A DNA stretch of 64,000 bases, taken from positions 14,808 through 78,807 of the forward strand of contig MGKQ01000001.1 of assembly GCA_001795735.1 (NCBI GenBank), written 5' to 3'. The notes beneath the pieces are model-generated. The model had not been told where the DNA came from, searched no databases, and saw only the letters and a program-made list of their open reading frames with translations. The stretch is from Candidatus Yanofskybacteria bacterium RIFCSPLOWO2_02_FULL_41_13 (GTDB lineage: Bacteria; Patescibacteriota; Minisyncoccia; 2-02-FULL-40-12; GWA2-44-9). The position numbers and the translations under genes are program-made. The stretch's first letter is position 1; each line of letters starts with the position of its first letter. Shown in pieces: positions 17,915-27,571 of the stretch.

Positions 17915-18883
17915 GTGAAGTATAGACCACTCGGAGCAAGCGGGATCATGGTATCTGAAATTGGATTTGGCGGCTGGGGCATCGGTGGAGTAACTCCAGG
18001 TCCAACCTCATATGGTCCGACTGACGACAATGAGTCTCGGAAAGCCCTGGAGGCAGCCTTTAATAACGGAATTAGTTACTATGATACTGCCGGTGTTTAC
18101 GGCAAAAGCGAAGAGTTGATCGGAAGAACTTTTAAGCACCGGCGGGGCCAAGTAGTTATCGGCACTAAGATAGGATTTCTGGAACACCATACTCCGCAAG
18201 ATTTTTCCAGAAAGAATATCTTCAGCACACTTGAAAAAAGTTTACGTAATCTGGGAACAGACTACGTTGATCTTTACCAGCTTCACAACCCAGATATTCA
18301 AAACCTGCGTATGGACGAAATTGTGAGCGCCCTGAAGGAATTAAAAATCAGAGGATTAGTCAGGGCCTTGGGTGTTTCCGTTAAACATCCTAACCATGGT
18401 TTATTAGCTCTTAAATACGGCGAATTTTGCTCTATACAAGTTAATCTCAGCATGATTGATCAGAGGGCAATTGATAACAGTCTCTTAGATCAAGCTAGGG
18501 AACAGGGCATTGGAATTATTGCACGCACACCTTTAAACTTTGGCTTTCTTACCGATAACGGAACAACAATGGATCTAAACTTCGGTCCTGAGGATCATAG
18601 GTCAGTTTGGCCAATGGAACAAAGGGTGGCCTGGCAAAAAGCGGCTCGTTTATTATCTGAAGTTCATCCCGAATATCCCCTAGCCACATTAGCGCTACGC
18701 TACTGTCTAAGCGTTACTGGAGTAAGTACTGTCATCCCCGGCCTACTTACGGTAAGTGACGTTTTGGAGAACACTACTACTTCAAACTTACCGCTATTGA
18801 GTCCCGAAACAATGGCTAAGATCAGAGAGATATACAACGACAATGACCAATTCTTTGTCCGACAGCCAAGTCCTCCTAAATAA
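17915..18883 (+). CDS. aldo/keto reductase
   Basis: AKR N-terminus GASGIMVSEIGFGGWGIGG. GTG start with AGGAGAAG SD. Confidence 0.8.
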   Translation: MKYRPLGASGIMVSEIGFGGWGIGGVTPGPTSYGPTDDNESRKALEAAFNNGISYYDTAGVYGKSEELIGRTFKHRRGQVVIGTKIGFLEHHTPQDFSRKNIFSTLEKSLRNLGTDYVDLYQLHNPDIQNLRMDEIVSALKELKIRGLVRALGVSVKHPNHGLLALKYGEFCSIQVNLSMIDQRAIDNSLLDQAREQGIGIIARTPLNFGFLTDNGTTMDLNFGPEDHRSVWPMEQRVAWQKAARLLSEVHPEYPLATLALRYCLSVTGVSTVIPGLLTVSDVLENTTTSNLPLLSPETMAKIREIYNDNDQFFVRQPSPPK

Positions 18884-18967
18884 GAGGGCTTTTTTATTCA
18901 ATGATTGCCAAAAGACCAACTTTAATGTATAAATACCGCTATGAACCTTAACAACTAGGGAGTTCTT

Positions 18968-21133
18968 GTGAGCTCAAAAATGATCCCGCTCAAGATAGCC
19001 GGAGAAAGTCCTCCTTACCCTACAGCGACGAAACCTCCATCAAAAATAATAAAAGTAGGGCAGATTCAGCTAAACACAAGTTTCTCTAATCAATACTATT
19101 TCCCACTCGCCGCCGGGATGAATCAGGCATATGCAAAAAAACATTTACGCTACTCGGATCATTACGAATTTAATGATACGATTTTCAGATTCCCTAAAAG
19201 CAGGAGGGAGATAGATGAAACGGCTGAAAAACTGAGTGAGAACCACCTGCTTCTGGTTGGAAACTACACATGGGGAGAACAGCACTCTTTGGCGTTAGCT
19301 CGTAGATACAAGCAGTACAATCCAAATGGAATTGTCGTCTTTGGAGGACCCCAGGTACCAGATAGCAAAAAACAATTCCGCAGAAACAGAACCATTGAGC
19401 TGACCGAGGAAGAGCAAAAGAGAAAAAGAGTAAGTTTTACGCCAAGCTATCATCACCTTAATCCGTTTATTGATATTTGCGTTCACGGCGAAGGTGAAAG
19501 ATCATTGCGATATGCTCTTGAACAAATGGCAATTGATGGTCTTCAAGACAAGACCGCAATTCCTTCTATCAGCTATATGGATGCGGATGGTAATTTCCGT
19601 TACAATGCCAAGCTTGAAAGAATGAATGATCGGGAGCTAGCCGAAACAGCATCACCATTTACAACTGGCATATTTGATACGCTCATACCGCTCTATCCTG
19701 AACTTGTATTTATAGCAATGTATGAAACGGATCGAGGCTGTCCATTTACTTGTACATATTGCGATTGGGGCGGCGCAACGGAAGACAAGATAAGCCGAAT
19801 GCCCATGGAAATGATCTATCAGGATATTATGTGGATGGGAGAGAGACGGATTCCATACGTATTTTTGTGCAATGCGAATTTCGGAATTCTCGAGCGCGAC
19901 ATACAAATTGCCGAATTTTTTGCCGAAGCGAAAGCTAAGTACGGATTTCCGGAAGCAATCAGCACTCAAAATTCAAAAAACCCCAAAAAGCACACGATTG
20001 AGGCTCTTAAAATTTTGCAGCGGGCCGGCATAAATAAAGCCACTGTGATGTCACAACAATCATTAAACCCTCCCACCCTGAAAGCAGTGAGACGCGATAA
20101 TATGCACCTTGATGAATACTACAAGATCCAGAAAGACTTGGCAGCCGAAGGAATTTATACAATGACTGATCTTATTCCCGGCATGCCGGAAGAGACGTAC
20201 GACACTTTATTTGACGGTATCGTGACGTTGATCACTAATGGCCAGCATAACCGCATCCAATTCAACATTCTTTCCAGACTAATTAATACCGAAATGGCTA
20301 ATGAAGAATATCAGGATTACTACGGATTCCAAACAGTAAAAACTCCGATCATTAATGCCCATGGAAGCAGAGGTGATACGGATACGGGAATCGAGGAACT
20401 GCAAGAGTTTGTTGTCGCAACCAATACTATGCCGCCCGAAGATTGGGTTAAAACATATGTCCTGTGTTGGACTATAAATCTAGTCTACTTCAGTAAACTT
20501 CTCCAGATTCCCATAATAGTTCTTAACAGAGTTTACGGTTTGGACTATCGCAAAATTTTTGAACTATTTCTTGCTGGACAATTCTCGCAATACGGAGATT
20601 TTCCGGTACTATCTGAAATTAATAAATTCCTGACTGAAGTTGGTTCCGGTATACAGAAAGGCGAACGGGGAGAATTTACTTACTCTAAAGAATATCTGAA
20701 TATTTACTGGATGTCAGATGAATATGTATTGATCAAAATGTGCAAAGAAGGAAAAATAGAACAATTTTATGAAGAAGCACATAGGCTGATATCACATCTT
20801 ATTGAACCTCACCAGGACAAGGGACCGCTTGATGAAGCCATTGAGTTAAATAAATCTTTACTGAAACTTCCATTCCAAACGAGCGACCTGGATCTAACTC
20901 TCACATACAGCATCTGGGAGATGTACAAGGCCGTACTTCGAGGCAGAGATGAAGATTTAAAACAGGGACATTATCGATATACGATCGACCGAACCACAAA
21001 AGACGAACGGGGTAGCAATTGGTGGGAATCGTGGGAAGATTGGTACAGACAGATGGTCTGGTACTGTAACCGCCGAGGTGCCTATCTTTATGGTAATGTA
21101 AATCCACATCAAGAGATCGCCGGTCATCATTAA
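18968..21133 (+). CDS. B12-binding-domain radical SAM protein (721 aa; paralog of 13992..16067)
   Basis: CPFTCTYCDWGGATEDK. Co-linear similarity with the other large radical SAM protein, including the C-terminal YxIDRTT...W..W...V.W.C.RRGAYLY region. Confidence 0.8.
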   Translation: MSSKMIPLKIAGESPPYPTATKPPSKIIKVGQIQLNTSFSNQYYFPLAAGMNQAYAKKHLRYSDHYEFNDTIFRFPKSRREIDETAEKLSENHLLLVGNYTWGEQHSLALARRYKQYNPNGIVVFGGPQVPDSKKQFRRNRTIELTEEEQKRKRVSFTPSYHHLNPFIDICVHGEGERSLRYALEQMAIDGLQDKTAIPSISYMDADGNFRYNAKLERMNDRELAETASPFTTGIFDTLIPLYPELVFIAMYETDRGCPFTCTYCDWGGATEDKISRMPMEMIYQDIMWMGERRIPYVFLCNANFGILERDIQIAEFFAEAKAKYGFPEAISTQNSKNPKKHTIEALKILQRAGINKATVMSQQSLNPPTLKAVRRDNMHLDEYYKIQKDLAAEGIYTMTDLIPGMPEETYDTLFDGIVTLITNGQHNRIQFNILSRLINTEMANEEYQDYYGFQTVKTPIINAHGSRGDTDTGIEELQEFVVATNTMPPEDWVKTYVLCWTINLVYFSKLLQIPIIVLNRVYGLDYRKIFELFLAGQFSQYGDFPVLSEINKFLTEVGSGIQKGERGEFTYSKEYLNIYWMSDEYVLIKMCKEGKIEQFYEEAHRLISHLIEPHQDKGPLDEAIELNKSLLKLPFQTSDLDLTLTYSIWEMYKAVLRGRDEDLKQGHYRYTIDRTTKDERGSNWWESWEDWYRQMVWYCNRRGAYLYGNVNPHQEIAGHH

Positions 21134-21139
21134 AAACAT

Positions 21140-21166
21140 AAATCCCGCAATTAGCGGGATTTTTAA
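21140..21166. terminator. bidirectional rho-independent terminator between convergent radical SAM genes
   Basis: AAATCCCGC / GCGGGATTT stem flanked by A- and T-runs. Confidence 0.65.
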
Positions 21167-21179
21167 TTTTATAAGGTTC

Positions 21180-22478
21180 TCAGTAAACCATTCCGTGGTC
21201 TCTAAGATATTGCTGAACCTGACGAATATTGTTTGCAATCTCTTCGCGGCTAAGTGACGGGCCCCAAGGAGTTTCCTTCTCATACTCAAACGGCAGACCG
21301 ACCTCTTCATCATCACCGAAACGAAACATTAGATGGGCATGCTTGGAGAGGTCTTTTTCAATACTCTTAATGCCTAAGGACTTTGCACTCTCATGAAAAA
21401 CAGAGCCGGGCACTACGTCTAGTCCCGAAAGAGCTACATAATCCGGCTTGACTTCTTCAAGGAACCGGATAGTCTTCTCAACTACTTGGTTTGTCTCACC
21501 CGGAAGACCGAAGATAATACAAACCTTTACTTTAATATCGTGCTTCTTTAACAATTCAATAAACCGGCGGTTTGCATCAACACTTTTCGACGGCTTATTT
21601 GATAACTCAAGCACTTTATCAGATTCAACGCTTTCAACTCCTATAGCTAACTCCAGACATCCGCTTTGCCGAGCGAGTTTTATAACTTCTTCCGATCCCA
21701 TTGGTATCGTCTGTCCTCTCCAGACGATGTTTTCGGAAGCAATAGCTTCAAACATGGCAACAGCTTCCTTGCGGTTAACGGGAATACACACCTCATCGCG
21801 CAGGTTAATCCCTTGCACTCCATAGCGCTCTTTCAGATATTTAATCTCGGCCGTAATCTGGTCGGGTCGCCTAAGCTCAAACCTATTCGGATTGTTATAT
21901 ACGCAAAAGCTACAGTGAAAAACACAACCGCGCGAGAAATAAACATTCGTTCCGGGAATCACACCATATTGAGAGAAATGCTTATCATTGACGATCTTGG
22001 AATCAGGGAGAAAATCCCGTTGCGGAAAAGGATATGAAGCAAAATGGAATATCTGATTACTTCTATACACAGGCTGTAAGCGATTAGCACGATAGTCTGC
22101 AAGCGCCTGTAATATCAACTCCTCGCCGCTGCCAACGATTGATGCATCAAAGACGCCGATGCATTCTTCCGTCAAGTGATCGACATGATTGCCACCGGCG
22201 ATATGTACACCGTTGATATGTTTTTGCTTTGTATCTCTGACGATGCCGTATATTTCAGGCGCATCAGCACTCTTCATAATCCAGTAGAAGTAAACGTCTC
22301 TTTCTGGCAGATCAACCCGTCGGCCCTTCGGCCAATCACGCAAATCTATGACATCAACGTTCAGATCCTTATCCCGCTCACGTAAGAAAGTCGCATAATA
22401 AAGTTCCCAAAGCGGCTGTAACTTTGCAGGGTCTTTCCAGTAATGCCAAGATGGCACAACAACAGCAACATTCAGCAT
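21180..22478 (-). CDS. B12-binding-domain radical SAM protein (432 aa)
   Basis: SRGCVFHCSFCVYN CxxxCxxC motif, preceded by a B12-binding-like N-terminal region. Confidence 0.75.
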   Translation of the reverse strand: MLNVAVVVPSWHYWKDPAKLQPLWELYYATFLRERDKDLNVDVIDLRDWPKGRRVDLPERDVYFYWIMKSADAPEIYGIVRDTKQKHINGVHIAGGNHVDHLTEECIGVFDASIVGSGEELILQALADYRANRLQPVYRSNQIFHFASYPFPQRDFLPDSKIVNDKHFSQYGVIPGTNVYFSRGCVFHCSFCVYNNPNRFELRRPDQITAEIKYLKERYGVQGINLRDEVCIPVNRKEAVAMFEAIASENIVWRGQTIPMGSEEVIKLARQSGCLELAIGVESVESDKVLELSNKPSKSVDANRRFIELLKKHDIKVKVCIIFGLPGETNQVVEKTIRFLEEVKPDYVALSGLDVVPGSVFHESAKSLGIKSIEKDLSKHAHLMFRFGDDEEVGLPFEYEKETPWGPSLSREEIANNIRQVQQYLRDHGMVY

Positions 22479-22615
22479 ACTATTTATCCTTTTTGTTTAA
22501 GAACTTTTCGACAAATGATACCATGCTCTAATGGTACAAGTCAACAAAGCTCGCTTGACACAGTAAAATCGCTTTAGTATAAAATCAAGTAGCACCTATA
22601 AAAGCTGGGGGGTTA

Positions 22616-23569
22616 GTGTTCAGAAATAGCAAAGTTTTAGTTACCGGTGGAACCGGCTTTATTGGCACAAACCTCATAAAAAGACTTCTCGAAACCGAGG
22701 CTATTGTCAGAGCCACTTTCCACCAACAAAAACCTACCGAATTTCTTGATCGAGTTAATTATGTAAAAGCTGAGCTCACGAAAGAAGAGGATTGTCGAAG
22801 GGTTGTCCAAGGATCTGATTACGTTTTTATGTGTTCAGCTTATGCTTTAGGCGCTGGAAAATCAGAAGAGGAAAAGGTTCGACATACAACCGCTGATATT
22901 GAAATGACTGCTCTTATGCTTGAAGCCGCCCATAGAGCAAGAGTTAAAAAATTTCTTTGGATAAGCAGTTGCACTATATACCCCCTGTCTGACGCTCCCC
23001 TGAAAGAAGAGCAGGGCCATGCCAACCCGCTTTTTGAAAAATATTTTATTGTGGGATCGACAAAAAGACGCGGAGAAAAACTCTGCCAGGAATATGCCGA
23101 AAAAACTACAAATCCAATGCCTGTTGTTATTGTCAGGCCAACCAGCGCTTACGGGCCTCATGAAAATTTAGCAACTTCTCATGTTATACCCGCTCTTATT
23201 CGAAAGGTTATCGAAAGACATGATCCGGTAGAGGTGTGGGGCGACGGTACAGCCATTAAAGACCTTATTTTTATAGATGATCTTACTAGAGGCATGCTTT
23301 TAGCGATGGAGAAGCTGGATAAATTTATGCCGATAAATCTCGGTTCCGGAGAACAGACAAGTATTAAAGAAATCATAGAAACTGTAATTCAAATCGACGG
23401 TTACAATAATGCCCGAATCGTTTTTGACACTTCTAAACCGACAATGCTCCCAAAAATGCTGGTTGATGTTACCAGAGCTAAAGAAGTTTTGGGCTTCAAA
23501 ACAACAACAAGCCTTGAAGATGGGTTGAGAATGACAATTGAGTGGTACAGACAGAATAAAAACAAGTAA
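22616..23569 (+). CDS. NAD-dependent epimerase/dehydratase (extended SDR; GDP-fucose-synthase-like 3,5-epimerase/4-reductase)
   Basis: VLVTGGTGFIGTNL. GTG start with GGGGGG SD. Confidence 0.75.
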   Translation: MFRNSKVLVTGGTGFIGTNLIKRLLETEAIVRATFHQQKPTEFLDRVNYVKAELTKEEDCRRVVQGSDYVFMCSAYALGAGKSEEEKVRHTTADIEMTALMLEAAHRARVKKFLWISSCTIYPLSDAPLKEEQGHANPLFEKYFIVGSTKRRGEKLCQEYAEKTTNPMPVVIVRPTSAYGPHENLATSHVIPALIRKVIERHDPVEVWGDGTAIKDLIFIDDLTRGMLLAMEKLDKFMPINLGSGEQTSIKEIIETVIQIDGYNNARIVFDTSKPTMLPKMLVDVTRAKEVLGFKTTTSLEDGLRMTIEWYRQNKNK

Positions 23570-23577
23570 TTTTTCGG

Positions 23578-23617
23578 AACCGCCCTGAGCTTATCGAATG
23601 GGCGGTTTTTATTTTTT
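23578..23617 (+). terminator. rho-independent terminator
   Basis: AACCGCCC / GGGCGGTT stem with a long T-run. Confidence 0.55.
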
Positions 23618-23645
23618 GACATAAACTGACACTTTTTGGTATCTT
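23616..23645 (+). promoter_or_regulatory. promoter-like motif TTGACATAAAC-TGACAC-TTTTTGGTATCT (third copy of the composite motif)
   Basis: Same architecture as 2781 and 24789. Sits immediately upstream of the 23670 gene. Confidence 0.45.
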
Positions 23646-23669
23646 TGCATAGTGGGTGTTTCTGCAATT

Positions 23670-24752
23670 ATGAATAACCATCCCTCGACAAATACAGGTA
23701 TTATAATTCCTACGATGGATAGGGCCGATTTTTTAATTCGACAACTTAGTTACTATGCATCGGTCAGATGCCCACACACTATTTATATTGGCGATTCAAG
23801 CTCCAAAGAAGAATCGGAAAAAATACAGAACGAAATCAAACGGCTCGGAAACATTATCAATGTAAGGTATCTTTATTTACCATCCCATAGTATTTGGCAG
23901 GCTCACTATCGTCTGACTACTGAGGTAAAGGAAAAATATACTTGCCTTAGTGGCGATGATGATTATCAGATCCCCAATTCAGTAACTAAATGTGCCGAAT
24001 TTCTGGAAGCTAATCAAGACTATACAACGGCGAGTGGTCATGCGGTGAGCTTCAGATTAAAACGGCATGGGGTATATGGGGAGCTTTTACGACTAGCTGA
24101 TTACCCAAGAGGACAGATAGAAAACGATACTGGGGCTGAAAGAATTATAAACTTTTTTAATAATTATTTTGTTACCTTTTTTTCAGTAAACAGGACTGAG
24201 CAGACTAGAGAATATTGGCGAAGCTCAGAAAAAATACCGGACAGATCATTTGGATCTGAAATCCTACCAAGTTCCTTGCCCTTAATCCATGGTAAATCTA
24301 AGATATTAGATTGCCTTAGCTTTGTGAGACAGATCCACAACCAACATCATACTCTAGCAAATACTTTTGATTGGATTACAAGCCCAGAGTGGCATCCATC
24401 CTACTTGATTGTTAAAGAAACACTTGCGAAAAATTTAGTTGCAAAAGATAATATTCCCGCTAAGAATGCTACTGAAGTTACGAGGCAATCTCTTTGGGCT
24501 CTTCTGAAGATACATCTTGCGAAAGATTATGAAATGAACTACCCCGCCAAAGAGATAAAGAGAATTGACAAACAAGGAGTAAAGTTCATAAAATCAAGGA
24601 TTGTCAGAATATTTCCGATCTCTAAGCCAATATACCGAATGCTGATAAAACCTCTTATAACCGGCAAGAAGGAGATGAATTTCGAAGTGCTTCAGCCTAA
24701 ATCAAAATACTATCAGGACTTTAAACCGGTGATGGATTCATTTACCGGATAG
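23670..24752 (+). CDS. GT-A fold glycosyltransferase-like protein (GT2-like, DxD present)
   Basis: IIIPTMDRADFL...IYIGDSSS...CLSGDDDY pattern of family-2-like transferases. Start set at the first ATG downstream of the promoter motif. Confidence 0.5.
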   Translation: MNNHPSTNTGIIIPTMDRADFLIRQLSYYASVRCPHTIYIGDSSSKEESEKIQNEIKRLGNIINVRYLYLPSHSIWQAHYRLTTEVKEKYTCLSGDDDYQIPNSVTKCAEFLEANQDYTTASGHAVSFRLKRHGVYGELLRLADYPRGQIENDTGAERIINFFNNYFVTFFSVNRTEQTREYWRSSEKIPDRSFGSEILPSSLPLIHGKSKILDCLSFVRQIHNQHHTLANTFDWITSPEWHPSYLIVKETLAKNLVAKDNIPAKNATEVTRQSLWALLKIHLAKDYEMNYPAKEIKRIDKQGVKFIKSRIVRIFPISKPIYRMLIKPLITGKKEMNFEVLQPKSKYYQDFKPVMDSFTG

Positions 24753-24788
24753 ACAAAAGTATAAACAATCTGTTGTTAATAACCTAAC

Positions 24789-24817
24789 TTGACACTTTTT
24801 GACACCTTTTGATACTA
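24789..24817 (+). promoter_or_regulatory. promoter-like motif TTGACACTTTTTGACACCTTTTGATACT upstream of the pseB-like operon
   Basis: Near-identical to the motif at 2781-2808. Confidence 0.5.
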
Positions 24818-24843
24818 TCAAATAGTTATTCTTCTGATCAACC

Positions 24844-25830
24844 ATGCTCGATAATAAGACAATTCTGATAACCGGGGGGACGGGTTCATTCGGCAAAAAT
24901 TTTGCCAAATTTTTACTCAAAAGTAGCGGGCTCAAAAAGCTCATTATTTTCAGCCGAGATGAGTTCAAGCAATACGAGATGCAGAAAGAAATAAGCGATC
25001 CGCGTATACGTTTTTTTATCGGTGATGTTCGGGATTTGCCACGTCTTCAGCGTGCCTTCCATGGTGTTGATATCGTTATCCATGCCGCCGCGCTTAAACA
25101 AGTTCCTACGCTGGAGTACAATCCCTTTGAAGCAGTAAAGACGAATATAATCGGGTCGCAGAATGTAATTGATGCTTCAATTGACCAGAGTGTTTCAAAA
25201 ACACTGCTCATTTCAAGCGACAAGGCTGTTCAGCCAATCAACCTTTATGGGGCGACTAAATTGGCCGCCGAAAAGCTTTTTGTGGCCGCAAACTCTTATA
25301 CATCGCTCACAAAACGTAGTATCTTCAGTGCGGTACGCTATGGTAATGTAATGGGAAGCCGAGGCAGTATCGTTGAGGCGCTTCTTAAAAAACCTGCCGC
25401 AGAAAAGGTATTTATAACCCATCCGGACATGACTCGTTTTTGGCTTACCCTGTCAGAGAGCTTCCACCTTGTTTTATTTGCTATTAAGCATATGGGTGGC
25501 GGAGAAATAATCGTGCCTAAAATTCCCAGCATGAAGATAACCGAACTTTTTGATGCCCTTGCTCCGCGGGCTAAAAAAGTAATCACCGGCATACGACCGG
25601 GAGAAAAAATTCATGAAACGCTTTTAACTGAGCATGAGGCGCGCAATACCATATTAGTAGGGAATCATTTCGTTATTCTTCCTGAATTTACTTCAAAACC
25701 AAAATTTTTCGAACATTACTATACGCTGGGAAGCAAGCTTGATAACCATACTCCCTTCGCCAGTGATAACAACACAGTATGGCTAACCAAAAAAGAACTA
25801 AAATCAAAAATAAAACCGACGCTACTCTAA
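24844..25830 (+). CDS. pseB: UDP-N-acetylglucosamine 4,6-dehydratase (PseB/FlaA1-like short CapD family)
   Basis: KTILITGGTGSFGKNF and overall PseB/FlaA1-type extended SDR of about 330 aa. Confidence 0.75.
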   Translation: MLDNKTILITGGTGSFGKNFAKFLLKSSGLKKLIIFSRDEFKQYEMQKEISDPRIRFFIGDVRDLPRLQRAFHGVDIVIHAAALKQVPTLEYNPFEAVKTNIIGSQNVIDASIDQSVSKTLLISSDKAVQPINLYGATKLAAEKLFVAANSYTSLTKRSIFSAVRYGNVMGSRGSIVEALLKKPAAEKVFITHPDMTRFWLTLSESFHLVLFAIKHMGGGEIIVPKIPSMKITELFDALAPRAKKVITGIRPGEKIHETLLTEHEARNTILVGNHFVILPEFTSKPKFFEHYYTLGSKLDNHTPFASDNNTVWLTKKELKSKIKPTLL

Positions 25831-26939
25831 AACGAAGTCCGATCCCCTATGGTCGACAGAGGATAGGCGCCGATGACATCAGAACAGTTATCAGTGTGCT
25901 CAAATCAGATTGGCTCACTCAGGGCCCTATGGTGAAAAGGTTTGAAGAATCATTAGCTCGTTACTGCGGAGCAAAATTTGCTGTTGCCGTATCCAGCGGT
26001 ACCGCCGCCCTTCATCTGGCGTATTTAGCCGCCGGACTTCAACCCGATGATGAAGTAATAACGACACCGAATACATTCGTTGCCACATCCAATATGCTTT
26101 TAGCCGTAAAAGCTAGGCCAGTTTTTTGCGATATCCGGCTGGATAATTACAACCTTGATGAAACTAAAATAGAATCGCTGATTACCTCCAAAACAAAAGC
26201 TATCGTACCGGTCCACTTCGCCGGACATCCCTGTGAAATGGATAGTATTCTGAGTCTGGCAAAAAAACATAATCTTCTCGTGATTGAAGATGCCTGTCAT
26301 GCATTGGGGGCATCGTATAAAAATACTAAAGTTGGTGGTATCGGAGATATGACTGTTTTTAGCTTTCATCCGGTCAAATCTATTACCACCGGCGAGGGAG
26401 GAGCAATACTAACAAACAATAAAAACTTTTATGAAAAATTATTATTATTAAGGTCTCACGGCATAACAAAGGATAAAAATGGATTCAATGTTATGGCCGA
26501 GCTGGGACATAATTACCGAGTTACGGATATTCAAGCAGCGCTTGGCTTAAGTCAGCTTAAGAAGCTAGATGGATTTATTAAAAAAAGAAGTGAGCTTATG
26601 TCCGGATATTATAGAGAGTTAAAAGATGTGAAGAATATCATACTCCCGAGAATAACTGAAAACATAATTTCCGCCGGTCATATTTTTATTATAAGAGTCA
26701 AAGACCGGGCAAAAAGGCTAAAATTGATGGAATTCCTAAAAAATAATGGCATCGGGGTTAACTTTCACTATCCGGCCGTTTACTCTCATCCTTATTACAG
26801 ACAGAATGGATATGACGGACTAACACTAGACAACGAGGAGATATATAGCAGTTCGTGCGTCACTCTCCCCCTCTACCCGAACTTAAAACTAGAAAGTATA
26901 GAGTATATCTGCGATAAAATAAAAACTTTTTTCAAATGA
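25779..26939 (+). CDS. pseC: DegT-family sugar aminotransferase with canonical Lys (PseC-like UDP-4-amino-4,6-dideoxy-sugar transaminase)
   Basis: IPYGRQ.I...D...WLTQG N-terminus and FSFHPVKSITTGEGG. Exact start uncertain (overlaps the pseB 3' end). Confidence 0.75.
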   Translation: MANQKRTKIKNKTDATLKRSPIPYGRQRIGADDIRTVISVLKSDWLTQGPMVKRFEESLARYCGAKFAVAVSSGTAALHLAYLAAGLQPDDEVITTPNTFVATSNMLLAVKARPVFCDIRLDNYNLDETKIESLITSKTKAIVPVHFAGHPCEMDSILSLAKKHNLLVIEDACHALGASYKNTKVGGIGDMTVFSFHPVKSITTGEGGAILTNNKNFYEKLLLLRSHGITKDKNGFNVMAELGHNYRVTDIQAALGLSQLKKLDGFIKKRSELMSGYYRELKDVKNIILPRITENIISAGHIFIIRVKDRAKRLKLMEFLKNNGIGVNFHYPAVYSHPYYRQNGYDGLTLDNEEIYSSSCVTLPLYPNLKLESIEYICDKIKTFFK

Positions 26940-27571
26940 TAAAATCAACTGCTCAGGAAAAATTTTGGTCATCGGAATTCGGCAAGGAATATATGGAAAG
27001 AAACACCCTTTCTCTGCAGGAGTTGAATAAACTTTATACAACGAACTTCGGCGTATCCCGTTCACGAATTAATAAAGATTTCCTGGGGAAATTAAAAATA
27101 GGAAACATTTTAGAGATTGGATGCAACGTCGGAAACCAATTAGCACTGCTCCAAGAAGAGGGTTTTAAGAATTTATATGGCATAGAAATATTTCCGAAGG
27201 CTGTAGAGCTGGCTAAAACCCACACCAAAAGTATCAATATAGTTCAGGGAAGCGGATTTGACCTCCCGTTTAAAGATAATAGCTTTGACCTTGTATTTAC
27301 TGCCGGGGTACTGATCCACATAAGTCCAAAAGATATAAAAAAAATCATGAAGGAAATACATCGGGTCAGTAAAAAGTACATCTGGGGATTTGAGTATTTT
27401 AGTCCAGACCACATTGCCATTCCCTATCGGGGCAATAAGGACCGGCTCTGGAAAGGTGACTTTGCTAAAATGTATACGAGCCAGTTCCCTGATCTAAAAT
27501 TAGTGAAGGAAAAAAGATATAAATACCTCCAAAACGACAACCTTGATTGTGGATTTCTATTAAAAAAATGA
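26936..27571 (+). CDS. class I SAM methyltransferase (pseudaminic-acid-biosynthesis-associated-methylase-like)
   Basis: ILEIGCNVGNQL motif I. ATGA overlap with the aminotransferase gene. Position inside the Pse-like module. Confidence 0.65.
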   Translation: MIKSTAQEKFWSSEFGKEYMERNTLSLQELNKLYTTNFGVSRSRINKDFLGKLKIGNILEIGCNVGNQLALLQEEGFKNLYGIEIFPKAVELAKTHTKSINIVQGSGFDLPFKDNSFDLVFTAGVLIHISPKDIKKIMKEIHRVSKKYIWGFEYFSPDHIAIPYRGNKDRLWKGDFAKMYTSQFPDLKLVKEKRYKYLQNDNLDCGFLLKK

